Below, piece by piece: positions 32,158-43,786 of a DNA stretch of 64,000 nt. Source of the DNA: Candidatus Latescibacterota bacterium (GTDB lineage Bacteria > Latescibacterota > UBA2968 > UBA8231); the NCBI GenBank assembly GCA_965223905.1, contig CBDCXV010000011.1:1216001-1280000 (forward strand), in the 5' to 3' direction. Both the position numbers and the translations under genes were made by a program. How positions within the stretch are numbered: position 1 is the first letter of the stretch; every line of letters starts with the position of its first letter. The notes under the pieces were generated by a model, which was given only the letters and a program-made list of their open reading frames with translations, was not told the DNA's origin and ran no database searches.

Positions 32158-34468
32158 CTAGCGCATCACCCGGAAGCGGGCGCGGTCCCGGAAGCCGTGG
32201 GCGTCGACGATCTCGAGCGCGTGGGCTCCCGGTTCCAGCGAAACCGCCATGCGGTGGCGGTTGACGGTCCGGCCCAGAAAGCGGCGATCGACGTACCAGA
32301 ACAGGGCGCGGTCGCGATCCCTGTGGGCGGCGCTCAGGACGATCTTCCGCCGCTTGCCGTCGAAATCCCTGCCGGTCTGCAGGCGCGCCCCCGGGGTCGG
32401 GTAGAGGACCTTCAGGGGCCGGGTCTCGAGCTGCGCCGGGCAGTCCGCCTTGTGGGGCGGCGGAGCCTCGAGCGCCTGTCCCCGCTCCCGCAGGTACTGC
32501 ACGACATCGGGGGGATAGACCGTTTGCCGCGCCGGGCGGTGGTCGCCCGGCTTCCAGCACAGCGAGCAGACCTGGCGGGTCCCCGCTCCGTTGAGGACGA
32601 TCCCGCGATGGTAGGGGCAGCGGTCCATGGGCCGCATGTGCCGGGGAGCCCGGGCCCGGGTCGGATGAGGGCAATGGGGGCCGGCGGGCCGGCCGCTGTC
32701 GCGGCAGAGGGTGACGGTCGCCAGATCGGCTTCGGGCCGGGGAAACCAGGCGCGGTCGAGGTCCTTGGGCACGCGGTTGAAGATGTCGAACAGCAGGGGG
32801 CCGGCGGTGCGCGCCCCGCTCAGCTCCGGGTTCCCCTCCCCCGGGAAGTTGCCGACCCAGACGGCGATGGTCCACGAGGGACTGACGCCGACCGCCCAGG
32901 CGTCCCGCTGCCCGTAGCTGGTCCCCGTCTTCCAGGCCAGCGGCCACTGGTCCTGGTACTGGTGCCAGTAATGCTCGACCCCAGGCCGCCGCACCTCGCG
33001 CAGGGCCTCGAGCACGAGACAGGCGGCCCCCGGGCTGACGAGGGGCGCCGCGGCCGCCGGTTCCGCCTCCCCCTGCAGGCATGTGAGGGGCTCGATCCGC
33101 CCGCCTCGGGCGAGGCCGCGGAAGAGCCTGGCCATGTCCCGCAGGGTGACCTCGGCGCCGCCGAGAATCAGCGGCAGGCCGTAGTCGTCGGCAGGGCGCA
33201 CCAGGGTGGAGACGCCGGCATCCTGAAGGAAGCGGTAGAAATTGAACAGGCCGTAGCGCCGCGAGGAGGCGCACCGCCGGGACGTTGAGGGAACGGACCA
33301 GGGCCTCTTCGGCCCGCACCAGGCCGTCGTAGCTCTCGTCGGCGTTGCGGGGAGAGAAGCCGTGATAGTAGGTGGGGACGTCCTTGACCAGGGTCCCGGG
33401 AAGGACCAGGCCCTCGTCCATGCTCAGGGCGTAGAGAAAGGGCTTGAGCAGCGAGCCTGAAGAGCGCGGCGCGACCACGCCGTCGACCTGTCCCTGGTGC
33501 TCCGGATCGAAGAAGTCCCGCGAGCCGACCCAGGCCCTCACTTTCCCGCTGCCGGTCTCGACCAGCAGGGCGGCGCCGTTGCCGATGCCGAGGTGGTCGA
33601 GGTAGCGCAGGTGCCGTGCGACCAGGGCTTCGAGGTCCCGCTGCAGGCCGGCGTCCAGGGTGGTTCGGACGATGCGGCCCCGGCGGGCGCTCGCCAGCGC
33701 CCGCGACAGGTGGGGCGCCGTCACCGGCAACGGAAAGGCCCGCTCCGGCACCGGTTCGGCCACCGCCAGGCGCAGGGTCTCGGCGTCGAAATACCCGGCT
33801 CGCTGCAGGCCGGCGAGCAAACGGTTTCGCTTTTGCGCCAGGCGCCGCGGGTCCGCAGTTGGAGAGACGAGCCCCGGGGCGTTCGGCAGCACCGCCAGGG
33901 TCGCCGCCTCGCTCCAGGTCAGCTCCCCGGGCTGCTTGCGGAAGTACCTGCGGGAGGCCGCCCGGTAGCCGACGATGTTGCCGCCGTAGGGGGCGTGGTC
34001 GAGGTAGAGGCGCAGGATCTCCTCCTTGGGGGTGTGCAGCTCGATCCTGAGCGCCAGCAGGGTTTCCAGGGCCTTGTTGAACAAGGTGCGGGGCTTGGGG
34101 CGCATCAGCCGCGCCACCTGCATGGTGAGGGTGCTGGCGCCGCTGCGGACCTGCCCGGCCTCGGCGTTCTGGTACAGGGCGCGGACCAGCGCCAGCGGGT
34201 CGATGCCACGGTGGCCGTAGAAGCGCCGGTCCTCGAACCGGAGGACCGCGGCGCGCAGCTTGAGTGGGACGGCGAGGCTGGAATCGGGGGGAAAGCACCA
34301 CTGCTCCCCCTCGTTGAGGAAGGCGCGCAGGAGCCGGCCCTCGCTGTCGAGGATCAGGGTGCTGTAGTCCGGGGCGAACAGGGACCGCGGCAGGGGGAGG
34401 AGGAAATACAGGACCGCGCCGATGGCCGGCACGGCGAGGAGATACAGTCCCCACCTGGCGATGCGCAT
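32158..34468 (-). CDS. pbpC: Penicillin-binding protein 1C, single-base frameshift near 33258
   Basis: FEDRRF, SGASTLTMQVAR, GSLLKPF, SLN in one frame; YGLPLILGGAE, KTGTSYG.RDAWA and the C-terminal domain in the next frame. Confidence 0.9.
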
Positions 34469-34497
34469 GGCACCGGATTCTCCGCGGCGGTTCGGTC

Positions 34498-37400
34498 TCA
34501 CGGCCCCACAACGACCTTGCGTCCGGCCCGGCGGGCGCGGAAGTCGCGGTCGTACATCGCCTCCACCTGCGTCGGCGGCAGGAAGAATTCCCCCCGGGTC
34601 ACCGCGTTGAGCTTAAGGGCGAAGTCGAGGCTGCCCCTCCGGGGCAAGTCGAAGAACCAGTCGGCGCGGTCGTCGCGGATATCGAGGTATTCCTCGGCGT
34701 TGAGCCGCCACTTCTTCATCCAGCCGGGGCGGGCATCGGGGGTCAGCCGCGTGTTTTCAATCTCCCATCCGGCAGGCAGCAGTTGGGTGAGGGCCACTTC
34801 CTCCAGGGCCTGCTCGCGGCTGGGGTTGCCGACGCGGATATGCCCCCAGAAGCTGGTCCCCCGGGACAGGGTGTCCGGGTCGATGCGCATCCCGTCCTCG
34901 TCGAGCCACTGCACCGTCAGCCTGATACGGGACTCTTGGTCCTCCACCTCGGCGCGCAGGGGCACCCCTTCCCAGTCGAGGGCGGCGAACGCCCGCTCCA
35001 CCGAGTTGGTGGAGTCGAGCCGCACCTCGGCGTCGCCTCCGAAGCCGCTGGTGATCTCCAGCTGGTATCCCAGGGACTCGGTGCTGAAGGGCAGGGATTC
35101 CCCTCCGGGCAGACGGATGCTGCCGGTGAGCGGTTCCGGTGAACCGCCGCCCCGCTGCAGGGAGCGGGCGTACTTGCCCAGGGCCAGCAGCGCCACGCTC
35201 GTCGTCTGGGTGGAGTGCCATCCCCTTTTCATTTCGAGAGCCACCTCCCTGGCCAGCGCGTCGGCGGCATGCCAGCGCTCGAAGGAGACCAGGGCGTCGA
35301 GGATGAGGGCCCGGTCGCGCAGGTCCGAGCCGTAGGTGTTGCCCGATTCCCGGTACTGCTCGACCTCGACCCCGGCGCCGCGGGCGATCTCGTCGGCCGT
35401 CGCTTCGATCCCGGCGTGCAGGTAGGCCGCGGCGAGCATCCACTTCTCCGCGTTCTTCATGCTGCCGAGCTCGTTCTCCTTGAGCAGGTTCATCGCCCCT
35501 ATGGCCGGATCGCCCGCCAGGGCCAGCAGGTAGACCCGGTACACGCGCGCCTTCAGGAGGTCGCGGGTCAGGGGGGCCTGGGCGTGCTGGTAGCGGAGCC
35601 ATCCCTGGAGCATGTCGTCGGGCACGTGGTAGCCGAGTGCGCGGGCCTCGATCAGGAAGTGGCCGGCGTAGTTGCTGCCCCACAGCGAAGGGGAGCGCTG
35701 GCCCGGCCACAGGCTGAAGGAGCGGTCGGGCAGCTGAAAGCGCCGCATCCTCCGGATCGCCTTGTTCACGCGCTCGTCGATATCGGCGGCGACGAGGCCG
35801 CGCTCCTCCGGCTTCAAGTCGAGCAGGTCCTTGAGATACAGCTGGGGAAAGACCGAGGAGACGGTCTGCTCCAGGCAGCCGTACGGGTAGCGCACCAGGC
35901 GCAGCATCTGGTTGTCGAGGTTGAAGCCGGGGCGGCGGCGCACGCTGATCCGCGCCCGGTTGGTGCCGGGCATCCCCTTGTCCGGCACGGTGAAGGTCAC
36001 CGACCCGCCGGGGCTCACCCCGCGCTCGTCGCTCTCGTAGACAGTCGGGGACGAGGCCCGGACCTCGATATCGGTCCGCCGCGAGGCGCGAGCCGAGGCC
36101 GCCGCGGCCTCCACCCGCACGGTCGCCGGCCCCACGGCCATGTCGGCCTGCAGCTCGAAGGTCAGGTCGCGTTCCCCCGCGCCGGCGAACTCTACCTGCT
36201 TGCGCGCCTCCCCGGCGACGGCGAGGGGACCCTGCACTTCGATCGACACCTCGACCGTCCCCAGGCTCCCGGCCATGGCGAAGGCGGTGACCGGCACCGC
36301 GATCCGGTCTCCGGGGCCGATGACCCGGGGCAGGGTCGAAAGCACCATCAGGTCGCTCTTGACCTCCACGGTCTTCTCGGCGTGGCCGAACCTCCTCCCC
36401 CGGGCACCCACCACCATGGCGCGCACGGCGCCGACGTAGTTCGGCATGGTGAACGCCACCCGGGCGCGGCCGGCCGCATCGGTATCGAGGGGGCCGGCGA
36501 ACATGGAGACCGCGGGAAAGCGCCGGCGCCGCTGGCGCTGCGCCCGCTCCTGGGCGGCGAAACCGCCGCCGATGGAGAAGACCCGGAACGGGTCCCCCCT
36601 GGCCACGCCGATGACGTGGGCGAACAGGTCGAAGGTGCGCACCCCCAGGCGCCGTTTGCGGAAGAAGGACTCCCACGGGTCCGGGGTGTGGAAATCAGTC
36701 AGGGCCAGCAGGCCCTCGTCGACCACGGCGACGGTGAACGCCGCCGAGTCCGCGGCGCTGTGCACCTCGACCTCGAAAGGCTCCCCGGGACGCAGCAGGT
36801 CGGGCATGCGGATATCGAAACCGAGGCGGGTGCCCGGATCGTCGACCTGTATGGGAACCACCCCGAAAAGGCGCATGGGCCGGTCGTTCCCGGTCTGGGC
36901 GTGGGGCTGAATGAGGGAGACGGAGGCGTAGGCCGTGGGGATCATCCCGTCACTGACGGGAACCGGGATGCGAGCCTCCTCCCGGGTGCCGTCGAGGCGG
37001 TACCACCGGGAGTCGAGGACCCGGCCTCCCTGTTCCAGCGAGAACAGGATCGAGCCCTCTCCGGGCACGGGAAAGCTGACGACGGCCTCGTCGCCGGGCT
37101 GGTAGCGCTCCCGGTCGGTCTTCAGGGCCAGCACGCCGTCGCTGCCGCCTTCCGGGGCGCAGCCCCAGTGGTGGGCGCTCAGGAAGAAGGCCGCGGTATG
37201 GCCCCTGTCGTCGCCGTCGGCGACCTCTATCAGGTACTCTCCTCCCTCTTCCGGCTCGAAGACCAGATCGACCGGCGCCGGCGCGGAGAGGACCCGCTCC
37301 TCGGAGAGGAGCTCGGTGCCGCGGTCGCTCTTGAAGCGCCGCCGGAAGGCCTGGCGGTTCTCGTATTCCCACCACCAGTGGGTCATTCCCCGGTAGACGC

Positions 37401-40065
37401 GGTAGCGCAGGTTGCGGCCGGCCACGAGGTTGCCCTCGACGTCGGCCACGACCGCGGGGATGCGCAGCGGCGACCCGACCCGGGTATAGCCGTAGTCGAG
37501 CTCCGGTTTCTGCAGGCCGACGTAGTGATCGTACGGGTCGATGGGGAGCCGCAGCCGGCGGTGGTTGGGGCGGCCCCCCTTCTCCAGCACCTTGGCCGTG
37601 AGCAGGGCCTGCAGGGCGGAAGGCACACCTGCCATGTCCGGAAGGGTCCACTCGACGGCCGCCCGCCCCTTGGCGTCGAGCCGGCCCTTGAAGATCACCG
37701 CCTTCACCGGCTGGTAGTCGATCAGCTCGTTGGTGAAGCTGAAGCCCGAGAAGCCCGCAAAGGTTTTTTCCGCGCTCTGCAGGGAGACGGCCAGCTCCGC
37801 CTCCAGCCCGGCAGCGGGACTGCCGAACAGGTAGGCGCTGCGCAGCTCGGCCCCGAGGACCCCGTCCCTGCCCAGTCGCTCCTCGGCCACATCGATTTCG
37901 GTCTTGAGCCGGAAGGGGACGATGGTCTCGATTTTCAGCACATGGTCGAAAGTGCTGTCCCCGATCAGCACCCGGGCGCGCCAATTCCCCGTGGGATCGC
38001 CGGGACCGGTGGCGAAGGAGAAGCTGTACAGCCCTTCCCGACCCCCTCTGCGCACCTGCTGAAAGACCATCTGACCCCGGGGGTTGAAAATCCTGCAGGT
38101 GGCGGGATGTCCCTCCGGGAAGGTGAAGTCCTGGTGGCGGGCGATGACGGAGATGTTGATCTCGTCCCCGGGCCGGTACACCCCCCGTTCGGTGTAGATG
38201 AAGGCGCGGGTGCCCGGCAGCGACTCGGCGCCGCCGGTGTCGAAGCTCGACAGGTTCCAGGCCATGTCCCCCGGTTTGACCAGGCTGCGCTGGCCCCGGT
38301 GCTCGGCTTCGACGTAGAAGACCTCCTCCTCCACGCCATCGAAACGCGCCATCCCGCGGCCGTCGGTGGTGCCTCTGGCCGCGATCTGGTTCTGGTAGGT
38401 GCGCAGGGTGACCTCGACTCCGGGCAGGGGCCGGGCATTGTCGATGCGGCTGGCGTACACGAGGTGCTGGTCGTGGCCGCGCTTCCAGGTCAGGCCGATA
38501 TCGCTGACGACCAGGGCCTTCCAGACCCTGCCGTGGGCCCTGACGTAGCCCTCGGATTGCGGATCGGAGTAGTAGGTGTCGTTGCGGCGACGCTGCTGGT
38601 AGTGCCGGCGAACCTCCTCGGCCCCGGCGGCCGCAGACCGGTACAGCATGTCGTCCCGGCCGAAGCTCAGGCCGACCAGGAAGAGGCCCCGTTCCCCCTC
38701 GGCGATCAGGGCGCCGAGATCGAGCTCGTGCTCCAGCCAGGCGTTGCGCCGGTCGGAGATCTCGAGGGTGTCGAGGGCGACCCGCACGCCGACGCGGCGC
38801 ACGTTGTAGTCCCGGAAGTTATCGCGCCGCTGCTTGCCGCTGTGCAGGCGCTCGGTCTGCAGAAACTGCCCGAGGTTGGAGGCGTAGACCTTCTTCACCT
38901 CCAGAACCACGCGGGCCAGGTTCAGGGTGGCGAAGCGCAGCCGCTTGTCCCTCGACGACGGCAGGAACATCCCGTCGCGGGCGAAGCGGAGCTGCGGCTT
39001 GCGGTCGGCGAAACCGATCTCCCGCGGCGTCGCTTCCCCGGTGCGGGTGCCCCAGCGGCTGCGGATGCCGGCATGGACTTCCAGCTCATAGGTGCGTCCG
39101 TGGGCGAACTCCCCGTCGACGAGGATCTGCTTCCCCGAAGCCTTCAGGCGGACCGGCACCTCGGGCCGCACCTGGACGAGCCCCTCGATATCCTGGCGCA
39201 GGTCCAGCTCGTCGGAGAACCGCAGGGTCAGCCGCGGGTAATCCCCCTCCTCTTCCTTCTCGACCTTCTCCAGCCGCATCTCCTGCAGCGGGGCCAGGGA
39301 GATCTCCTTTCGGTACTCGTGGGAGATCTCCAGTCTGCCGTCGTCTACGGTCAGCTCGAAATTCTGCCGGGTCGTATCCCTCCGGATGGCGGCGCTGGTG
39401 AAGGTGAAAACCTTGCCTGCCGCGTCCCCCTCCCAGTCCAGGTTCAGCAGGGTCTCTCCCCGGCGCAGGGACACCGCCTCCCGCACCTCGGGAAGACCGG
39501 CCTCCTCGGTCAGCTCGAGGCGGCCCCCGTAGACCAGGTAGCGGGGGTCGTCGGAGGCCTTCAGGTCGAAATCCCCTTCGAGAGAGAGGATCTCGCGGCC
39601 GGCGACGGTGAAGTCGAAGTCCAGGGGCTGCAGGCCGGCGCGCCGCGGCAGGAGGGCGGCAAGATCGAGGCGGCCCCGGTACTGCTGGCGCGCCGGCAGG
39701 GACCGGTTGGGGCGAAAGACCAGCTCGCGGGTCGTTTCCCACAGGGCCATGCCGTCCAGCGGCGGGGTGAAGGTGAACACCCGCTTCTTCAGGGGGTGGC
39801 CGGCCAGACTGGAGTCGACGGCCGGCTTAATAAACCGGACTCTGACGGCGTCTCCCGACGACACCGTTCCCGACGTCACCGTGCTGACCAGCCGGGCGGT
39901 TTCCGGCGTCACCGTTCCCGGCAGGTCCTCCACCGGCTCCCGGGCGCAACCCAGGGCCAGGGCGGCCACCGGCAGGAGGCGTTTGACGAGGTATTCGGCG
40001 GTCCGGCTGCAAACTCGCTGATCCCGGGAAACCTTCCTTTCCGGGTTCGAAGTCGGTTGGTCCAT
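34498..40065 (-). CDS. Bacterial alpha-2-macroglobulin lipoprotein (YfhM-like)
   Basis: Lipobox LALGC, TERGVYRPGD, thioester motif YPYGCLEQ, DIRDDR, EAMY. Confidence 0.95.
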   Translation of the reverse strand: MDQPTSNPERKVSRDQRVCSRTAEYLVKRLLPVAALALGCAREPVEDLPGTVTPETARLVSTVTSGTVSSGDAVRVRFIKPAVDSSLAGHPLKKRVFTFTPPLDGMALWETTRELVFRPNRSLPARQQYRGRLDLAALLPRRAGLQPLDFDFTVAGREILSLEGDFDLKASDDPRYLVYGGRLELTEEAGLPEVREAVSLRRGETLLNLDWEGDAAGKVFTFTSAAIRRDTTRQNFELTVDDGRLEISHEYRKEISLAPLQEMRLEKVEKEEEGDYPRLTLRFSDELDLRQDIEGLVQVRPEVPVRLKASGKQILVDGEFAHGRTYELEVHAGIRSRWGTRTGEATPREIGFADRKPQLRFARDGMFLPSSRDKRLRFATLNLARVVLEVKKVYASNLGQFLQTERLHSGKQRRDNFRDYNVRRVGVRVALDTLEISDRRNAWLEHELDLGALIAEGERGLFLVGLSFGRDDMLYRSAAAGAEEVRRHYQQRRRNDTYYSDPQSEGYVRAHGRVWKALVVSDIGLTWKRGHDQHLVYASRIDNARPLPGVEVTLRTYQNQIAARGTTDGRGMARFDGVEEEVFYVEAEHRGQRSLVKPGDMAWNLSSFDTGGAESLPGTRAFIYTERGVYRPGDEINISVIARHQDFTFPEGHPATCRIFNPRGQMVFQQVRRGGREGLYSFSFATGPGDPTGNWRARVLIGDSTFDHVLKIETIVPFRLKTEIDVAEERLGRDGVLGAELRSAYLFGSPAAGLEAELAVSLQSAEKTFAGFSGFSFTNELIDYQPVKAVIFKGRLDAKGRAAVEWTLPDMAGVPSALQALLTAKVLEKGGRPNHRRLRLPIDPYDHYVGLQKPELDYGYTRVGSPLRIPAVVADVEGNLVAGRNLRYRVYRGMTHWWWEYENRQAFRRRFKSDRGTELLSEERVLSAPAPVDLVFEPEEGGEYLIEVADGDDRGHTAAFFLSAHHWGCAPEGGSDGVLALKTDRERYQPGDEAVVSFPVPGEGSILFSLEQGGRVLDSRWYRLDGTREEARIPVPVSDGMIPTAYASVSLIQPHAQTGNDRPMRLFGVVPIQVDDPGTRLGFDIRMPDLLRPGEPFEVEVHSAADSAAFTVAVVDEGLLALTDFHTPDPWESFFRKRRLGVRTFDLFAHVIGVARGDPFRVFSIGGGFAAQERAQRQRRRRFPAVSMFAGPLDTDAAGRARVAFTMPNYVGAVRAMVVGARGRRFGHAEKTVEVKSDLMVLSTLPRVIGPGDRIAVPVTAFAMAGSLGTVEVSIEVQGPLAVAGEARKQVEFAGAGERDLTFELQADMAVGPATVRVEAAAASARASRRTDIEVRASSPTVYESDERGVSPGGSVTFTVPDKGMPGTNRARISVRRRPGFNLDNQMLRLVRYPYGCLEQTVSSVFPQLYLKDLLDLKPEERGLVAADIDERVNKAIRRMRRFQLPDRSFSLWPGQRSPSLWGSNYAGHFLIEARALGYHVPDDMLQGWLRYQHAQAPLTRDLLKARVYRVYLLALAGDPAIGAMNLLKENELGSMKNAEKWMLAAAYLHAGIEATADEIARGAGVEVEQYRESGNTYGSDLRDRALILDALVSFERWHAADALAREVALEMKRGWHSTQTTSVALLALGKYARSLQRGGGSPEPLTGSIRLPGGESLPFSTESLGYQLEITSGFGGDAEVRLDSTNSVERAFAALDWEGVPLRAEVEDQESRIRLTVQWLDEDGMRIDPDTLSRGTSFWGHIRVGNPSREQALEEVALTQLLPAGWEIENTRLTPDARPGWMKKWRLNAEEYLDIRDDRADWFFDLPRRGSLDFALKLNAVTRGEFFLPPTQVEAMYDRDFRARRAGRKVVVGP

Positions 40066-40177
40066 CTGTGTCTCCTCCGTGGCTACTCTTTCGAACCTCG
40101 AGGTGCGAGGCCAGTTCCGGAACCGCTGCTCCGGGCTATCTGAGGTAGAGCAGCCAGCGTGTCCGGCGCCGCGGGCG

Positions 40178-40549
40178 TCACTGTATTGAATCGAGAACTT
40201 CGGCTACCGGAGGTGGTGCTGTTTCTCGAGCCAGTTTCCGGGCCACCAGGGCGTTCATGCTGATACCTGCCCGCGCTGCTTCCATCGCCAGCCGCCGATG
40301 CAGGCACTTGTCGATGCGCACGTTGAATTGACCGCTGTATTCCTTTCGGGCGGGGGCGACCGGCACCTGCTCACCGTGGGCCCGGTAGCTTTCCTTGGCC
40401 GCCTCCCAGGCTGCGGCCAACTCCTCCAGGGCTGCGGCCGGCGTGTCGGCAAAGGCCGAAATGGCGGGCATTTCCACCAGGTGCGCCAGCCAGTCCCTGT
40501 CTTCATCCTGAAAGAGATTGACCGAGAAGCCGTCGAAATCATCCTGCAT
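40178..40549 (-). CDS. hicB: HicB-family antitoxin
   Basis: ISAFADTPAAALEEL...YSGQFNVRI...LH..L..EA...GISMN. Confidence 0.85.
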   Translation of the reverse strand: MQDDFDGFSVNLFQDEDRDWLAHLVEMPAISAFADTPAAALEELAAAWEAAKESYRAHGEQVPVAPARKEYSGQFNVRIDKCLHRRLAMEAARAGISMNALVARKLARETAPPPVAEVLDSIQ

Positions 40550-40783
40550 CGCCCGATTCCTCCGCAAAATGCCGCAAGAATTGCTTGACTTGATAACCTT
40601 TGGCCCGGTTTCCCTTGGCCTGGATCGACAAGCGCACTCCTTGGGGCGAATACCAGATCCGGTGCGAGCCCCGTTGCCGGTCAAAGGTCCATCCGCACTG
40701 TGTCAGCAAGGTTTCGAATTCGTTGAAGCGCAACCCGTTGGGGGTTCGGATTGCCCTGTCGAGCAGCATTTCCTTGCTGACAT
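40539..40783 (-). CDS. hicA: HicA-family toxin
   Basis: RF.EFETLL..G....RQRGSHRI...AKGYQVKQF. ATG 40783 needs one extra A in an A-run to be in frame; ATG 40769 is in frame. Confidence 0.8.
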
Positions 40784-41099
40784 AGTAACTGTATACGGTT
40801 ACACCGAAGATGCAAGGAGGGTGGTTATCTGATCGTCCAGACCAGCTGCCTCAGGGTCTGATGTTGCGAGGCCCAAGGCATCTCGTGGTGTTGGATCTGG
40901 GTGAATGGGACCCGGCGACACCTTGATTGAATGGAACGCCCTGTCACGGGCCATCCACCTCCCGCGGGATTTGGACGCGGGCTTGGCAGTAGCCTGCTTG
41001 AAGGCGGCACTGGCCAGTTGCGAAAGTCCCAATCCGCGCCGGACGCCAAGCCCCGGCGCCGGCCCGGAGCCCCTCCGGCCTGTCCCCGTAACGGAGCCG

Positions 41100-43721
41100 C
41101 TACTTGAGCAGGAGCATCCCCATGCAGAGGTGCCCCTGCGGCGTGCTCAGGAGGGCGTGGTAGCGGCCGCTGGCCAGCGGCCGGCCCGCCTGGTCGGTTC
41201 CGTCCCAGGCGATTCGGTAGGCCCCCGGGTCGCGGTGGCCTTCGTCGAGGATCCGGATCAGTTGCCCGAGGCTGTTGTAGATACCGAGGCGCACCGGTCC
41301 GGCCGCGGCCAGTTGAAAGGGAATGACGGTGAGGGCGTTGAACGGGTTGGGGTGGTTGGGCTCCAGGAGGAACCGGTCCGGACGGGTCGGTTCGGATTCG
41401 ACCGCGGTGGGCCACCCCTCCCCGGGAGAGAGGATCGGCCGGTCGGCGAGGTGGACGGCGGTCAGCCGGGCTTTCCCGTTGCGGGTGTCGGAATCGAGGT
41501 ACATGCGCAGCAGCTCCCCCTCCCCGAGGGCCGGCCGGGCCCCGGCAAATGCGATCCGGGTGCCGCCGTCCCCGTGCCGGTAGTCCAGCAGAAAACCGGC
41601 CAGGTCGGCATCCAGCTCCACCCGCCCCCGGACGCCTTCGAGAAGCATGCTGCCGGACGGAGCTGCCGAGCGCTCGTCGATCCAGACCGCCAGGAAGCCC
41701 GGAGTAACCTTCAAGGCCAGCCGGGGTTCCAGGTTCAGGGTTTTGGATGCCGGGCTGAGGATCCGGGGATGGTTATCCGATCCGTCCTCCTGCACGGGAA
41801 AGCGGCTGATCAGGCCGACCCGATGCTGCAGAATGAGAGAGGCGTCCAGGGGGGAGATGCTGCCGGCCGCGGCGTCGAAGGCCTGGGCGTCGACATTGGC
41901 GGCGAGCGAATCGAGGCCCGTCAGAAAGGGCTCCAGCACGTGGGAAAGCACCCGGGCGGCGTCGAAGGTCTGCAACCGTCCGTTGCCGTCGGCGTCGCCG
42001 AAGAGGCCGACGATGGCCGTCGCCGCGGTTCGCACTTCGGGGATGCCCGTCTGCGTCAGGGCGTCCGCGTAGCTCACTTCGACCCGGTCCCCCCGGGCCA
42101 CGGCCAAGCCAGTCCCGGACCCCGTCAGGGTTACCGGCAGGCGGCCGGCGAACTGGCTGTCGTCCGCACCCGCCTCCAGCAGGCTTACGGCGACAGGGAT
42201 GCCCGCGAGGTTGCGCCGCGCCTCCACGGCGACCCGCTCGCGGACCAGTGGATCGAGGTTGAGGTCCATGTCGGTCACCAGAATCCGCAGCGAGTCCCCC
42301 GGCTCGGCCGCGGTTGTGACGGCCAGCACGCCATCCTCGCCGCCCACCGATACCGGGACACAGTGTTTCAATGCGCCTCCCGCGGCGTCGAGCTCGTCGT
42401 CGTAACAGGCCGTCAAAGCGCTGCCAGCTCCGACTTCGATCCGGTCGTTTCCAGGCACCGGGGTTCCCCGGACCGTGCCGAGAGAGCCCTGGAACAGACC
42501 GGTGCTGGCGTCGACTTCGAGGAGGTTCACCTCTTCGCTGTCGGCCCCCCCTTCCACGCGAACCGCCAGTTGGTCCGGAGCATCGGGGTCGAGATCTCCA
42601 TCCCCGTCCCGCAACTTCAGGGTCAGGGCCGTCCCGGGAAAAAGCAGCAGGGGCTCGGCTTCGAGAGTGCCGGTGGCCCCGGTCCAGCGCAGCCGGCCGT
42701 CGGTCTTGAAGACCCCCAGGGCGCCGTCGTTGAGCAGGGCGTGGGTCAGGTAGAGCGGGGCCGTGGTGACCTGGCGGCGTTCCGCGGTGTCGAAAGAGAG
42801 ACGCACCAGGGTGCCGTCCTCCGCCAGCGGATCGCCGGTGGAGGCCAGGACGATCTTGAGGGTGTTGAAATCGGTGCCGGCCGCGTTATTCACCTCGAGA
42901 ACCCAGTCGGTCGTCAGGTCGGTGAGAGCGACCGCTGCCGGAGCCGCGGTCAGCAGGTCGGGGTCATAGGCCACGAAAAGCTCGACCGCGACGATGCCCT
43001 CGCCGGTGACCCCGGTCAGCCGCACCGGAAGGTCGATGCGCGTTCCGTAAGAGGCCGTCGTATCGGGCAGGACCAGCCTCGGGCCCGAGGGAGTGCCGCT
43101 CCCGGGTGTGGAGGGTTGGCCCGGACCCGGCGGGGATGCACCGGTCCCGGGGGTAGGAGTATCCTGGGCGGTGAAGTCGGCCAGGTTGTCGCCGGTGTCC
43201 GACCCGTCCGCGGCCCGGGAGAGACTCTGGCCCGCCTCCACCTGAGGCGCCGGAGTCCCCTCGCCGGCGTTGTGCTCGCCTGCATCTCCGTACTGAAGGG
43301 CGTCGACGACCTGGTCCTGGGGATCGCGCAGCTGAACCGCGTCGGGGCCGTTCTGCCAGTCGACGTTGGCGGTGAAATCCCGGTGAGTCAGGGCCGCCCC
43401 TGTGGCATTTTCGTGGGCCACGACCAGCAGGCCGTCCGCGGGAATGGTCGCCCCGTCGAGGGCGATGGTGCGATAGGCCTCCCCGTTGCTGCCGTTGACG
43501 CCGACCAGGCTCCAGCCGTCGAGAGCCGTCCCGGCCTCCCCGGCGATTTCGGTGAATGCCTCTTCCGCATCGCTGCCGGACCCGTCGTAGAGCACCTCCT
43601 GAATGCGGGGCGGGGGGTTCTGGCCTTCAGCCGGGTGAACGGTGGAAAGGGCGAGAGCCAGCAGACCGCTCGCCAGACCGAGGGTTCGGGGATATGAGGA
43701 TGCAGCAGTGCGCTGTGTCAT
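41100..43721 (-). CDS. Secreted protein: lamin-tail domain + cohesin + dockerin + FlgD-Ig/T9SS-like C-terminus
   Basis: IQEVLYD..GSD..EAF.EI (LTD), GDADGNG...DAA.VL (dockerin), EPNHPNPFN...W.G.D..G..LASG.Y. Confidence 0.85.
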   Translation of the reverse strand: MTQRTAASSYPRTLGLASGLLALALSTVHPAEGQNPPPRIQEVLYDGSGSDAEEAFTEIAGEAGTALDGWSLVGVNGSNGEAYRTIALDGATIPADGLLVVAHENATGAALTHRDFTANVDWQNGPDAVQLRDPQDQVVDALQYGDAGEHNAGEGTPAPQVEAGQSLSRAADGSDTGDNLADFTAQDTPTPGTGASPPGPGQPSTPGSGTPSGPRLVLPDTTASYGTRIDLPVRLTGVTGEGIVAVELFVAYDPDLLTAAPAAVALTDLTTDWVLEVNNAAGTDFNTLKIVLASTGDPLAEDGTLVRLSFDTAERRQVTTAPLYLTHALLNDGALGVFKTDGRLRWTGATGTLEAEPLLLFPGTALTLKLRDGDGDLDPDAPDQLAVRVEGGADSEEVNLLEVDASTGLFQGSLGTVRGTPVPGNDRIEVGAGSALTACYDDELDAAGGALKHCVPVSVGGEDGVLAVTTAAEPGDSLRILVTDMDLNLDPLVRERVAVEARRNLAGIPVAVSLLEAGADDSQFAGRLPVTLTGSGTGLAVARGDRVEVSYADALTQTGIPEVRTAATAIVGLFGDADGNGRLQTFDAARVLSHVLEPFLTGLDSLAANVDAQAFDAAAGSISPLDASLILQHRVGLISRFPVQEDGSDNHPRILSPASKTLNLEPRLALKVTPGFLAVWIDERSAAPSGSMLLEGVRGRVELDADLAGFLLDYRHGDGGTRIAFAGARPALGEGELLRMYLDSDTRNGKARLTAVHLADRPILSPGEGWPTAVESEPTRPDRFLLEPNHPNPFNALTVIPFQLAAAGPVRLGIYNSLGQLIRILDEGHRDPGAYRIAWDGTDQAGRPLASGRYHALLSTPQGHLCMGMLLLK

Positions 43722-43786
43722 GGCCGTACCGCCTTGGATTCAGATGAGCTGGGATCAGGGCAGTTGGTGCGTCGGCCAGCTCTTCT

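Noticed and set aside
35215-40143. Long antisense or alternate-frame ORFs (e.g. 35215..40143, 40905..43697, 10531..12462, 61780..63867, and the 5' parts of 6968..9685 and 21703..24063)
   Set aside because: Shadow ORFs of GC-rich genes with no recognisable motifs of their own.
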